A stretch of 63,514 nucleotides of DNA, filler included, from Octopus bimaculoides (taxonomy: Eukaryota), in the NCBI RefSeq assembly GCF_001194135.2. It is 6 parts of 6 records of this genome, joined end to end, with 100 filler letters (N's around TTAATTAATTAA, not from the genome) between each part and the next. Parts side by side here need not be neighbours in the genome. Positions count along the whole stretch, not along the records: positions 49,070 to 61,614 come from NC_069000.1; positions 61,715 to 63,514 come from NW_026333838.1; 4 more parts are not named here. One strand, given 5' to 3'. Under the pieces are notes generated by a model. The model was given only the letters and a program-made list of their open reading frames with translations, was not told where the DNA came from and did no database searches. Position numbers and translations under genes: made by a program. Below are positions 51,505-63,514 of the stretch, piece after piece. How positions within the stretch are numbered: position 1 is the stretch's first letter; every line of letters starts with the position of its first letter.

Positions 51505-51872
51505 ATGCTTCAACCCATCATTACCGAAATCAATTCTCTTCGGATTATTCTAGCGAGCGCTTCGCCCCGCAGGAAGCAGATCCTGGAAAATGTCGGCATG
51601 AATATCGAAGTTGTGCCGTCAACTTTTGAAGAGAACTTGGACCAAAGTGCTTTCCCGACGCCGGCTGATTATGCGAAAGCAACGGCTCGGGGTAAAGCCA
51701 TTGAAGTAGCACGTCGACTGGGAGTCTCAGAAAAGCAAAGTGGAGACTCCGTTAAACCCCCTCCGGATATTGTTATCGGAGCGGACACGATTATAACTGT
51801 GGGTGATAAGATCTATGGTAAACCGAAGGACCGAGAAGATGCTAAGAATACCTTGACAAATTTGTCTGGCAA
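51505..51872 (+). CDS. ASMTL: Maf-family dTTP/UTP pyrophosphatase (ASMTL N-terminal Maf domain), first coding exon
   Basis: MLQPIITEINSLRIILASASPRRKQILENVGMNIEVVPSTFEENLD...PDIVIGADTIITVGDKIYGKPKDREDAKNTLTNLSG, with Maf motifs LASASPRR, IGADT and KP. Start context caccATG; donor AA|gtaagt (phase 2). Downstream exons not found. Whether the O-methyltransferase domain is fused cannot be seen. Confidence 0.92.
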
Positions 51873-52033
51873 GTAAGTACATACAATTCTTCCATACTTG
51901 TTCTGCACCGGGACGTGCACGTGAATGTAAAACATTCGTTGTCCAAATAAGTATCTGTTTATACACTCACTCACATATATATCTATGGGTACTACAACAT
52001 ATACATACATATATATAAATACATATATATACA

Positions 52034-52071
<38 letters not shown>

Positions 52072-53069
52072 NNNNNNNNNNGTGTGTGTGTACGGCTATT
52101 CGTCGCTGCGATTACATTACACGAGATACCACGTCCGGCAAGTGCCCGTATGTCGCTGGTTGTTCTGACTCTTATTTCTAGCAATTACTGGTGTTCATTA
52201 GCACCCTCAGTCACTTTAGTGACGTCTATACTTGTACCTTTTGGTTATAAATTGCGAATAAGCCATCTTGATAATTTATATATATATATATTCACATGTT
52301 CATATAATGATATCTAGCAAACGTATTGGTAAGATAAAACACGTAATCGTTACCAAAATATCAAAAATTCGTCCACAAAGGTCTATAGTAGACTCCTTAT
52401 GAATCGATCTCCTTGGTTATATATCAAAAAATTTAAATAAGAGCTTTTCGCTAATATCCATTTATATTAAAGTTTATTAAGTAATAATATATATATATTC
52501 GTGGTGTAAGCAGGTAAATGATAATATCCACGTAGAGTACATTATTTTCTCGAGGTTTACGCTTACCTCTCGATTGATGGGACGNNNNNNNNNNNNNNNN
52601 NNNNNNNNNNNNNNNNNNNNNNNNNNNNNNNNNNNNNNNNNNNTAAGACATGAACAGAGCAGTGTCAGGTTTCAAGTCGTTTCTACAGAAGAAAGTACAG
52701 AAATATATAAATTTAGCAGATTTCACCACATAGTACAAATCCCATATCCTTTCATTTCACATCGGATTTTAGACACTAGATTTGGCCTGAGCACTTATTG
52801 TGTATACTTATATGTCTTTTTAACATTTACATATATATATATTCGTGGTGTAAGCAGGTAAATGATAATATCCACGTAGAGTACATTATTTTCTCGAGGT
52901 TTACGCTTACCTCTCGATTGATGGGACGAGAAAAGCGTGAAAGTTACGCTGTGTCATGTCCTAACGTTCTTTTAGAAATCTGTTGCCGTGTAGTTTATAT
53001 GAGAAATATTAAAAGAAGATGAATTTCTGCCATGAGGTTTATAATATTCTGCGCTGTTAACATCATTTT

Positions 53070-53375
53070 ATAGGCATGACTGTGTGGTTTACAAGTTTGC
53101 TTTGCAACCACGTGGTTTCGGTTTCAACCCCATTGCGTGGCACCATGGGCATGATACTTCGTCTGTCGTGCTGAGCAGATCAATGCCAAGTACCTTGCAG
53201 GTTAATTTGACAGACGGAAATTGTGCGGAAGCCCGTCATGTGTAAATCCCATTGTGTATGTGTGTGTGTGTGTTTGAATGTTTGCGTTTGTCACCGCTGG
53301 ACAACCGGTATTAGTTTGTTTACGTTCCATGCAACTTAGTGATTCAGCAAAAGAGGCCGATAGACTAAGTACCAG
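53070..53375 (+). mobile_element. SINE family D copy retaining CpGs
   Basis: ggcatgactgtgtggtttacaagtttgctttgcaaccacgtggtttcggtttcaacccc. An inverted, CpG-decayed copy follows at about 53685-53830. Confidence 0.75.
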
Positions 53376-53553
53376 ACTAAGTTGGTGTTAGGAAGGGCAT
53401 CCAGCTGTAAAAACCCTGCCAAAACAGACACAGAAGGCTTCTGTCTGGCTAGCCCCTTGTCAAACCATCCAACCCATGTCAGCATGGGAGATGGACGTAA
53501 ACACACCAGCATTAGTTGTCAAGGGATGTTGGGGGGACAAACAGGCACACAAG

Positions 53554-53615
<62 letters not shown>

Positions 53616-54333
53616 ATAATATAATTAATATATAGATATATGCATATATCCATACATATATGTACACACCTACATCTGCGACAGGCTTTCAGTTTCTGTC
53701 TACCAAATCCATTCACAAAGCTTTGATTGGCCCCAGGCTATAGTAGAAGACACTTGCCCAAGGTGCCATGCAGTGGGACTGAACCTGGAAACATGTGGCT
53801 GGTAAGCAAGCTACTTACCACACAGCTACTCTTAGAATTTTAAAATGTTTTTTGTTACTTGTTTCAAACTGAGGCACCATCTTGAAGAATTTTTAGTTGA
53901 ATGACCCAATCCCAGTACTATTTTTTTTTTTTATGACTGGTACTCACTCTGTTGGTCTTTTTTGCCACACTGCTAAGTTACAGGAATGTAAACAAACCAA
54001 CACTGGTTGTCAAGTGGTGGTGGTGGTGGTGGACAAAGACACACAAAAAGATACACACAGTCATTTCTGTCACCTAAGTGACCAAGTCAGTAGCANNNNN
54101 NNNNNNNNNNNNNNNNNNNNNNNNNNNNNNNNNNNNNNNNNNNNNNNNNNNNNNNNNNNNNNNNNNNNNNNNNNNNNNNNNNNNNNNNNNNNNNNNNNNN
54201 NNNNNNNNNNNNNNNNNNNNNNNNNNNNNNNNNNNNNNNNNNNNNNNNNNNNNNNNNNNNNNNNNNNNNNNNNNNNNNNNNNNNNNNNNNNNNNNNNNNN
54301 NNNNNNNNNNNNNNNNNNNNNNNNNNNNNNNNN

Positions 54334-54860
54334 CGTAGCTGCTGAAATAAGAATAGCCTGGGAAAAGTTCAGAGAGCTCCTACCTCTGCTGGTAACAAAG
54401 GGCCTCTTGCTCAGAGTGAAAGGTAGACTGTATGATGCATGTGTGCGAACAGCCATGCTACATGGCAGTGAAACATTCGCTGTGAATGCTGAGGACATGT
54501 GTAGGCTTGAAAGAAATGAAGTTAGTATGATCCGCTGGATGTGCAATGTCAGTGTGCATACTCGACAGAGTGAAGTACCTTGGGAGAAAAGTTGGACATG
54601 AGAAGCATCAGATGTGGTGTGCAAGGGAGACAACTGTGCCAGTATGGTCATGGGTTGTGAATGGATGAGGACAGCTGTGTGAAGAAGTGTCACACCCTAA
54701 CAGTGGAGAGAACCTATGGAAGAGGTAGACCCAGGAAGACCTGGGATGAGGTGGTGAAGCACGACCTTTGAATGTTGGGCCTCACAGAGGCAATGACAAG
54801 CAACCGAAACCTTTGGAGATATGCTGTGCTTGAGAAGACCTGGCAAGCCGGGTGAGATCG
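54334..54860 (+). mobile_element. RTE-like LINE 3' fragment
   Basis: RIAWEKFRELLPLLVTKGLLLRVKGRLYDACVRTAMLHGSET...GRGRPRKTWDEVV. Confidence 0.9.
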
Positions 54861-55939
54861 TAGCTGTGGCTGATGCCAGTGTCGCATAATTGGCCCATTT
54901 AAAAGTACTCTTCATTCATTGGGTAATGTGCTGGGCTTGAGGAAACCTGTTGAGTGAAAAACTANNNNNNNNNNNNNNNNNNNNNNNNNNNNNNNNNNNN
55001 NNNNNNNNNNNNNNNNNNNNNNNNNNNNNNNNNNNNNNNNNNNNNNNNNNNNNNNNNNNNNNNNNNNNNNNNNNNNNNNNNNNNNNNNNNNNNNNNNNNN
55101 NNNNNNNNNNNNNNNNNNNNNNNNNNNNNNNNNNNNNNNNNNNNNNNNNNNNNNNNNNNNNNNNNNNNNNNNNNNNNNNNNNNNNNNNNNNNNNNNNNNN
55201 NNNNNNNNNNNNNNNNNNNNNNNNNNNNNNNNNNNNNNNNNNNNNNNNNNNNNNNNNNNNNNNNNNNNNNNNNNNNNNNNNNNNNNNNNNNNNNNNNNNN
55301 NNNNNNNNNNNNNNNNNNNNNNNNNNNNNNNNNNNNNNNNNNNNNNNNNNNNNNNNNNNNNNNNNNNNNNNNNNNNNNNNNNNNNNNNNNNNNNNNNNNN
55401 NNNNNNNNNNNNNNNNNNNNNNNNNNNNNNNNNNNNNNNNNNNNNNNNNNNNNNNNNNNNNNNNNNNNNNNNNNNNNNNNNNNNNNNNNNNNNNNNNNNN
55501 NNNNNNNNNNNNNNNNNNNNNNNNNNNNNNNNNNNNNNNNNNNNNNNNNNNNNNNNNNNNNNNNNNNNNNNNNNNNNNNNNNNNNNNNNNNNNNNNNNNN
55601 NNNNNNNNNNNNNNNNNNNNNNNNNNNNNNNNNNNNNNNNNNNNNNNNNNNNNNNNNNNNNNNNNNNNNNNNNNNNNNNNNNNNNNNNNNNNNNNNNNNN
55701 NNNNNNNNNNNNNNNNNNNNNNNNNNNNNNNNNNNNNNNNNNNNNNNNNNNNNNNNNNNNNNNNNNNNNNNNNNNNNNNNNNNNNNNNNNNNNNNNNNNN
55801 NNNNNNNNNNNNNNNNNNNNNNNNNNNNNNNNNNNNNNNNNNNNNNNNNNNNNNNNNNNNNNNNNNNNNNNNNNNNNNNNNNNNNNNNNNNNNNNNNNNN
55901 NNNNNNNNNNNNNNNNNNNNNNNNNNNNNNNNNNNNNNG

Positions 55940-56282
55940 ACACGTAAAAGCACCCACTACACTCTCTGAGTGGTTGGCGTTAGGAAGGGCATCCAGCTGT
56001 AGAAACTCTGCCAAATCAGACTGGAGCCTGGTGTTGCCATCCGGTTTCACCAGTCCTCAGTCAAATCGTCCAACCCATGCTAGCATGGAAAGCGGACGTT
56101 AAACGATGATGATGATGATGAATGCCAGTGCCGCGTGACTGGCACCCATGCCAGTGGCACGTAAAAAGCACCATTTCAGCATGGTCAATGCCAGTGCCGC
56201 CTGACTGGCTCCCATGCTGGTAGTACATAAAAAGCACCCACTACACTCTCAGAGTGGTTGGCATTAGGATGATGATGATGAT
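55940..56282 (+). mobile_element. SINE family B copy plus partial tandem copy
   Basis: gagtggttggcgttaggaagggcatccagc...gcggacgttaaacgatgatgat, followed by a repeated internal segment. Confidence 0.8.
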
Positions 56283-56604
56283 GTAAGCTAATAAATTTTT
56301 TATAACGATTTTTTGTGTTAAACCACATGTTTTGAAACTAATTACTAATTACTGATGTAAGTCGAGGTAGCCTGTTATGATTAAATTACATATGATACAC
56401 TTAATTATTTTGTTGTTCACTTAGAGAAATTGTCTTGCATAGAACTGGTCCACAATGCGAAATAGGTTAGGAACTGTTGCTGCAAATCATACATTTCAAA
56501 CCATTTATTACCAAATTCCTATTGAAATTCTCTTCTTTTCTTTCAATTATTTTAAAAATAAGGAAGAATTTAGAACAATAATTTAGTCATTATTAAGCTG
56601 GGGT

Positions 56605-57200
56605 AAGGGTGGCAAGCTGCCAGAATCGTTAGCACGATGGGCAAAATGCTTTGCGGCATTGCGTTCTGAGTTCAAATTCTGCCAAGGTTGACTTTGCCTC
56701 TCATCCTTTCAGGATCAATTAAATAAGTACCAGTTATGCACTGGGGTCGATGTAATTGACTTGATCCTTTCCCCCAAATTTGAGGCCTTTTGCTTCCAGT
56801 GGAAAGGATTATTTTATTTCTTTATTTCCCAGTGCGTAACTGGTACTTATTTAATCGACCCCGAAAGGATGAAAGGCAAAGTCTACCTCAGCAGAATTTG
56901 AACTCAGAACGTAATGGCAGACGAAATACTGCTAAGCATTTCACCCGGCGTGCTAACAATTCTACCAGCTCGCCACCCTTGGAAAGGATTATTAAGCTGG
57001 GCTAAGATGGAAATCTGGTAGAATGCTTAGCAGCATTTCATCCCACTTTATGTTCTGAAGTCAAACTCCTGCTGGGGTTGACTTTTTGTCCTTTCAGGGT
57101 CAATACAATAAGGACCAGGTGGAGGATTAGGGGTCGATGTAATTAACTTACATCCTCCCCCAAAATTGCTGGCCTTGTTCCAAAATTTGAAACCAATATT
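56605..57200. mobile_element. three SINE family A copies in +/-/+ orientation
   Basis: 56605-56800 (+), 56829-56980 (-), 57005-57200 (+, CpG-decayed). Confidence 0.85.
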
Positions 57201-58165
57201 AAACTGGGGTTTACAAAACAAGTTAGCCTGAAATTTTGCCTGAAATATGTAAATTATATAACTTTAACCCTTATTTTGTGCAACCGAGTGTATTTGTTAG
57301 ATTTTGTGCATGTGCACTTGGGACCCAAGAACTGTGTTAACTAGATTTTGATGGTCGGATACTTTGCAAAATTCCCAACATTTTATGTGACGTAGTACAA
57401 ACGTTTTGTTTTTATTGACCAATTAATTCAGTATCTGTATGTTAGTATGCAAGCATTTAACTGATGTAGTGAGGGTTAACATTGGAAGTTTTGTACCATA
57501 GGAGTAGAAGGTAGAATTAGTCTCAGAAAGGTTGATATCAAAAGGATTTTATAATACATCTTTGAACTAAGACTGCTTCCGTCACTAATAAAGGGTTAAA
57601 TAAAATATAAAAAATACTGCTTTAAATCAATGTTGCTTTCGTCACTACCAATGCTTTTAAAAGCATTTAGTAACTTTTTTTTAAGAAAGAAAGGGCAGAA
57701 TTATTTCAAACACTGAATATCTTTTACTATCCACAGAGACAAAACTATTTTTCAACAAATTCATTTGGATGTTGATATTTTAAGAACCTGTTTTAGACTG
57801 CCAAGAACAACAAACTCACTGGCACGATTTCTCTTTGAAATTGCTGCTTCTCATTCTCTCTTTTACGTTAAAATCTCATCAATTAGCAGAGCTAAATTTA
57901 AATTAATATTTGCATTTAGACGTCTTTATGTCAGACGATGGTGGATTTCCGGTATAATCTCTACTTAAACGATTAGCTGTGGTTTTTTTTTTTGGGTTTT
58001 TTTTTGGTTTTTTCCTTGTAATCTTTTCCTTAGCAACAGATTCTGCTCTTCATGTACTGGAATTGTTACAGAAGCAAATATCTTCAATGAATGAAGAATT
58101 TCATATATAGTGACTTCAGCACTGTTGAAGGCTGCTATTTTTGTCTGTAATGACAAAACCTAAAA

Positions 58166-58197
<32 letters not shown>

Positions 58198-58545
58198 TAT
58201 TGTTTCTTTTACAACTGCTTATGGATTGGACAAGACTTGTTGACAACACTGGCTGTCAACTGTTCAGAAACAAACACAAGCATGTGCATGCATACACACA
58301 CACACATTTATACACATACATACATGTATGCATGCATCTGTACTGCATTTTGGGCAAGTAACTTCTACCACACATGCATGCACACATAGGAGCACTCTGC
58401 CGGTTACAATGACAAGGGTCCCAGCGGATCCAACCAACAGAACAGCCTGCTCGTGAAATTAACGTGCAAGTGGCTGAGCACTCCACAGACACGTGTACCC
58501 TTAACGTAGTTCTCGGGGAAATTCAGTGTGACACAGAGTGGACCT

Positions 58546-59330
58546 TTAACCCTTTTGTTACCATATTTCTGCTGAAATATATATAACTGTTTCAGTTAAT
58601 TTTTGAACATAATTATGAATGTCCATGTTAACTCTTTTGATACCAACCTGGTTGAAGCCGCCTCTGTCTCTGAGTACAAATGTCTTGTTTTCATAAGTTC
58701 TGAATTAAAATCTTCCACCAAACCTTAGTCACAATTTATGTTCCTAACACTAGCTTAATGATAACTAAGTTATTTTACTAAATTCTTTGTTATATTTAAA
58801 ATTAATTGAAAGAAACACAGAGCATCTCAACAGAAATATGGTAACAAAAGGGTTAAAATATATATAATAGAGAAACAATTCTTAATCCTTTCGTTACCAA
58901 CCTGGTTGAAACTGCCTCTGGCTCTGCAGTACAAATGTCTTGTTATCAAAAGTTCTGAATTAAAATCTTCCACCAAACCTTAGTCACAATTTATGTTCCT
59001 AACACTAGCTCAATGATAATTGAGTTATTTTACTAAATTCTTTGTTATATTTAAAGTAATTGAAAGAGACAGAGAGCATTTCAACAGAAATATGGTAAAA
59101 AAATGGGTTAATATAAATTAGCAAGGGAATTATCATAATAATTGCCCTTAATTAGCTGATTTTGGGGTTACAAATTGACTTGGTGGAAGGTTTTAATTTA
59201 GATCACTTTAACCCCTTTGTTACCATATATCTGTTGAAATCCACTGCCCTTGTTTCAATTCATCTTCAAAGAATAATAAAGAATCTATTAAAATAACTTT
59301 GTCATCATTAAGCTGGTGTTGGGGACGTAA
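58546..59330. mobile_element. cluster of TTAA-flanked piggyBac-like MITEs
   Basis: Two approximately 225-bp copies (58628-58856, 58882-59111) with ttaa|c.cttt...aaagggttaa ends, plus isolated termini at 58546 and 59208. Confidence 0.75.
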
Positions 59331-59801
59331 ACGAACATGGAATTTTGATGGAAGATTTAAAAACAGAATGTGTCATAGAATCATGAACAGTTTCAGACAG
59401 GTTGGTATTAAAAAGATGATCATGAGATACTCAGCCACTTATATGCTAATTCAAAGAACAGCTGTTTTAATTGATCAAACAACAGAATACTGACAGAAGT
59501 CCATTTATATTTTCCTGCTTTATACCTGTTCTATTAACATAGCAACGTTTACCATGTTCCAGTCTTGTTCTATTAACACAGCAACATTTACCGAGTTCCA
59601 GTCTGGTGTCATAATTTCTTTAGAATATCAAAACCCTTTGCCATCAACCAACGCGTACAGCAGCTTGTGTAGAGAGCATTCGTCTACTGCTCCCTCCCTC
59701 CCTCGTACACTCACGCCTTCTCTCAGTACCAATGCTTTACGTAAAAAAAAAATCAATAATTATGTGTTCCATGCACCAACTACATAGACTAAAATCTGTT
59801 A

Positions 59802-59836
<35 letters not shown>

Positions 59837-59884
59837 TGTCCCCCTCATCCTTCGCCCTGTTAGCAAATAAAAGAAATCGTAATT

Positions 59885-59916
<32 letters not shown>

Positions 59917-60117
59917 AACAATTATGACTACCATTATTGGTAGCAGTGGCAGCAGTAGAAGTAGCACCTGTTGTAGTAATGGTGGTGTTAGTAGTAGTAG
60001 TGGTGGTAGTGGTTGCAATAGACTCCTACCCCTCCTCTTATGGCAAATTTCAGTTGTGATGCTTTTACATATTCCCCACTTTTCTGTAAAAGTGAAATAT
60101 GTTTGTGTAAGTATGTC

Positions 60118-60156
<39 letters not shown>

Positions 60157-60329
60157 TTACACATATGTATATAGACATATATGGTGTGTGTGTGTGATAT
60201 TTGTCTGTGTTCTAGGAAGAGCATTCTGCTATAGAATCCATGCCAAAACTGGAATGCATGATTGAGACATGGACAGCCGACCCATGGAAAGGGAGCCAGT
60301 TCAGCATAAAAAGACTGCCTTTGGGAGTC

Positions 60330-60575
60330 TACCACCCTCCATCCTGCAAACATGTTCCACCCAGCACTGCTGCAAGGAAGTAATAAGAGCCTCCACACTA
60401 ACTATGCCTTTCATTCTAGTGCGGAAGTGCTTGATGATGTTAACAAGCTTCTGCAGGGCAGCCATAAGTCTCTAGGACTTTCCAAAGAGTTTTTCTGTCC
60501 ACCGTGTCAAAGATCTTGAAAGAGTCCACAAACATCACAAAGAGGAATTGGTGTTGCTCCACTGCTTCCTCCTGT
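60330..60575 (-). mobile_element. RTE LINE RT fragment
   Basis: EQHQFLFVMFVDSFKIFDTVDRKTLWKVLETYGCP..KLVNIIKHF. Confidence 0.85.
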
Positions 60576-60819
60576 AGCTGTATGCTAAATGGTTTAAAAC
60601 CCATCTGCTGGCATGTCCCGACATTTCATGCCATGGAAAAATATTCAAATATGAATTAGAAATAGTTTGAGGTACATAAACAAAATTGAACACGCGTAAG
60701 GTGTGTGTGTGTGTTGTTAGTTCATGGGTTGGCTGTGTTTTAGGTGTAAGAGAATATATTCTCAAATCAAAACTCAAAACCACAATCAAAAATGGAAATT
60801 GTAGTTGTGGCTCTCGTGC

Positions 60820-61115
60820 TGGTGGCATACAATAAGCACCATTCATGTGTGGGTCATTTCCAGTGCCACCTAACTGGCTCCCCATGCCAGTGGAACATAA
60901 AAAGCACCATCTGAACATGGCTGATGCCAGTGCCACCTGACTGGCTCCCATATTGGTGGCATATAAAAAGCACCCACTACACTCTCAAAGCGGTTGGCAT
61001 AGAAACATTGCCAGATCAGACTGGAGCCTGGTGTGGCCTCCTGGCTTGTCAGTCCCCAGTCAAACTGTCCAACCCATGCCAGCATGGAAAACAGACGTTA
61101 AACGATGATGATGGT
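60820..61115 (+). mobile_element. SINE family B copy
   Basis: aaaagcacccactacactctc...gtccaacccatgccagcatggaaaacagacgttaaacgatgatgat. Other decayed copies at about 14660-14815, 53380-53505 and 63181-63400. Confidence 0.75.
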
Positions 61116-61567
61116 GATGTGACTGGTGTTAAAACCACCTGAAAGTAAGTATTAGACAAGCAAGACAACTCACATCAGGTTTTCTTACGCCTAAAACGCA
61201 GCTGACCTACAAACTAGCAACATTCACACATGGTGTGTGTGTGTTTGATTCTGTTTATATACCTGGAGCAGCCTCCAATTGATATTTGAATTTTTTCAAT
61301 GGCATGAAATGTTAGGACATGCCAACAGACGGTTCTTAAACCATTTGGCATATGGTCGGTGATATAGTATGCAGAGGGCTTTGGTATGCATTATTGAAAA
61401 GTCACAACTATGACAAGACAGCAATGTCTGTCACTACAAAAATGAACCTGGTGTGAGTTGTCTTGCTTGCTTATGACTTACTTTCAGGTGTTTTCAACAC
61501 CAGGCACACTGAGAATAGGCCTAAAGCGCAGCCAACCCACGAACTAACCACACACACCTCGATTTTG

Positions 61568-61614
<47 letters not shown>

Positions 61615-61715
61615 NNNNNNNNNNNNNNNNNNNNNNNNNNNNNNNNNNNNNNNNNNNNTTAATTAATTAANNNNNNNNNNNNNNNNNNNNNNNNNNNNNN
61701 NNNNNNNNNNNNNNA

Positions 61716-61753
<38 letters not shown>

Positions 61754-63477
61754 CGTGTGTATGTAGGAAACTAGTCTGTTAGATAATCAGTCTTCGAGAT
61801 AGAAGCAGTATACAAACCAAAAAGCAATGCTTATAGCCACTTTAATGTGGCCGTCCCCTAAGAGACAACAATACTGCTGTTTAACCCCAGGAAGACATCT
61901 CAAAGGCAAAGGATGATACAGCTTGACACCAACGATGTCACAACTCATTTCTGCAGATGAATGGATGTGAAATAAAGTATCTTGCCCAAAAACACAACAC
62001 GCAGCTCTGTCTGGGAATTGAATTCACAACCTCACAGTTCTCAGCCCGACACTCTAACCACTGAGCCATGTACTTTCATACACACACACATATAAAAAAA
62101 TGTCCCTTCCCAATTTCATAAAGCTGGTTTCCTGGGTTTTGAAGCATATACATTATCACCCCTGGATGGGATACCAGTCCATCACAGGTGTGCTCATTTT
62201 TCGCCTACTGAGTGGACTGGAGCAAAATTAAAGGAAGTGCTTTGCTTAAGAAGACAACGCAACATATATACATACACATACATATATATGTGTGTGTGTA
62301 TGTATGTATGCATGTNNNNNNNNNNNNNNNNNNNNNNNNNNNNNNNNNNNNNNNNNNNNNNNNNNNNNNNNNNNNNNNNNNNNNNNNNNNNNNNNNNNNN
62401 NNNNNNNNNNNNNNNNNNNNNNNNNNNNNNNNNNNNNNNNNNNNNNNNNNNNNNNNNNNNNNNNNNNNNNNNNNNNNNNNNNNNNNNNNNNNNNNNNNNN
62501 NNNNNNNNNNNNNNNNNNNNNNNNNNNNNNNNNNNNNNNNNNNNNNNNNNNNNNNNNNNNNNNNNNNNNNNNNNNNNNNNNNNNNNNNNNNNNNNNNNNN
62601 NNNNNNNNNNNNNNNNNNNNNNNNNNNNNNNNNNNNNNNNNNNNNNNNNNNNNNNNNNNNNNNNNNNNNNNNNNNNNNNNNNNNNNNNNNNNNNNNNNNN
62701 NNNNNNNNNNNNNNNNNNNNNNNGTGGACTGGAGCAAAATTAAAGGAAGTGCTTTGCTTAAGAAGACAACGCAACATATATACATACACATACATATATA
62801 TGTGTGTGTGTATGTATGTATGCATGTATATATATATTTACATATATACTCACACACATATATATACACACACACACACACACCAATCCTCCTGCTCTGG
62901 TCTGGAAGTGCGATAAGAAAATAAATGACCTGATCGACCTGAAGTTTATTAGTTTATCTGCCTTAAGATTATAAGGTGTGTAAGGGGTGGATACATGTTT
63001 ATCTCCTACATACCCAGCATTCCAGATTTTCTCAATGTCCTTATTCTAGGTTAATGACTACATTCTATACTCTCCCATTCAGTGGTGTCATTTGCAGACT
63101 AACGTCCCCAGATATTTCTGATCCAGAAGATACGAGATCAAAGAGTAATTAAAGTATATTTTGGGGTGGGATACGTGTCATCATCAATCATCATCATTTA
63201 ACGTCCCTTTTCCAAGCTGGCATGAGTTAGATTGTTCGGCAGGGGCTGGCAAACCAGGGGACTGCATCGAACTACAATGTCTACTTTCACATGATTTCTA
63301 TGTCTGGATGTCCTTCTTAATATCAGCCACTTTATAGTACGTACTGGGTGCTTTTTTATGCGGTACCAGTGGTACTAGTGAGATTACCAAATGGCTCACA
63401 AGGACCTAACCCCTCCACTCAGGATGAGAGCAATATTATTGAGAAAGACGTACCTTTTTGGCTTTACACACACACAC

Positions 63478-63512
<35 letters not shown>

Positions 63513-63514
63513 CA

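Noticed and set aside
51273-51629. 118-aa ORF with a hydrophobic N-terminus overlapping the Maf start
   Set aside because: The hydrophobic stretch comes from a T/C-rich tract and the His run from a CAT/CAC repeat. The remainder is an alternative frame of the Maf exon. It could act as a uORF, but no support is visible.
52190-52250. Possible second Maf exon after ttatttctag (ITGV)
   Set aside because: The ITGV frame is the wrong phase and stops immediately; the phase-2 frame does not resemble Maf.
52497-52928. Identical 88-bp direct repeat (52497-52584 and 52841-52928); similar cases at 62212/62724, 25790/25852 and 22985/23520
   Set aside because: Each pair flanks an N-gap with near-identical copies, as expected from contig overlap or uncollapsed haplotypes. 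These are not CRISPR-like or LTR-like.
5777-61714. Recurrent TTAATTAATTAA motif flanked by Ns, five times
   Set aside because: Fixed 100-nt geometry and stops in all six frames identify it as an assembly linker, not biology.
18107-62924. Many long ORFs in the track (poly-X, YIYI, CVCV, poly-S/E/L/H)
   Set aside because: They are translations of N-gaps and microsatellites with no domain content.

Overview
Eukaryotic, AT-rich, repeat-dense genomic DNA. The SINE, MITE and microsatellite repertoire suggests a cephalopod such as Octopus; this is an inference from repeat appearance, not a database match. Five 100-nt gaps carry a TTAATTAATTAA linker, so the window is six scaffolded blocks whose adjacency and orientation are uncertain. 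Two protein-coding genes are recognisable, both incomplete: the last two exons of SNRNP40 (minus strand, 14258-15809) and a 368-nt first coding exon of a Maf/ASMTL-type nucleoside-triphosphate pyrophosphatase (plus strand, 51505-51872). The rest is mostly decayed mobile DNA: a near full-length RTE LINE, RTE/CR1/L1-type fragments, mariner and maT-like (DD37D) transposons, a Helentron-like non-autonomous element, TTAA-flanked MITEs, a Penelope-like end and at least five SINE families. The most notable observations are: an RTE LINE whose C-terminus reconstructs to three tandem canonical C2H2 fingers, with an unusually intact 313-codon terminal ORF; a mosaic of CpG decay that tracks the two gene bodies; a phase-compatible chain of small exons that could encode a 45-aa microprotein; several long hairpins; and a vestigial minimal hammerhead. 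I see no prokaryotic features or CRISPR arrays, and no new system is demonstrated. All findings are hypotheses from manual reading, and repeat boundaries are approximate.
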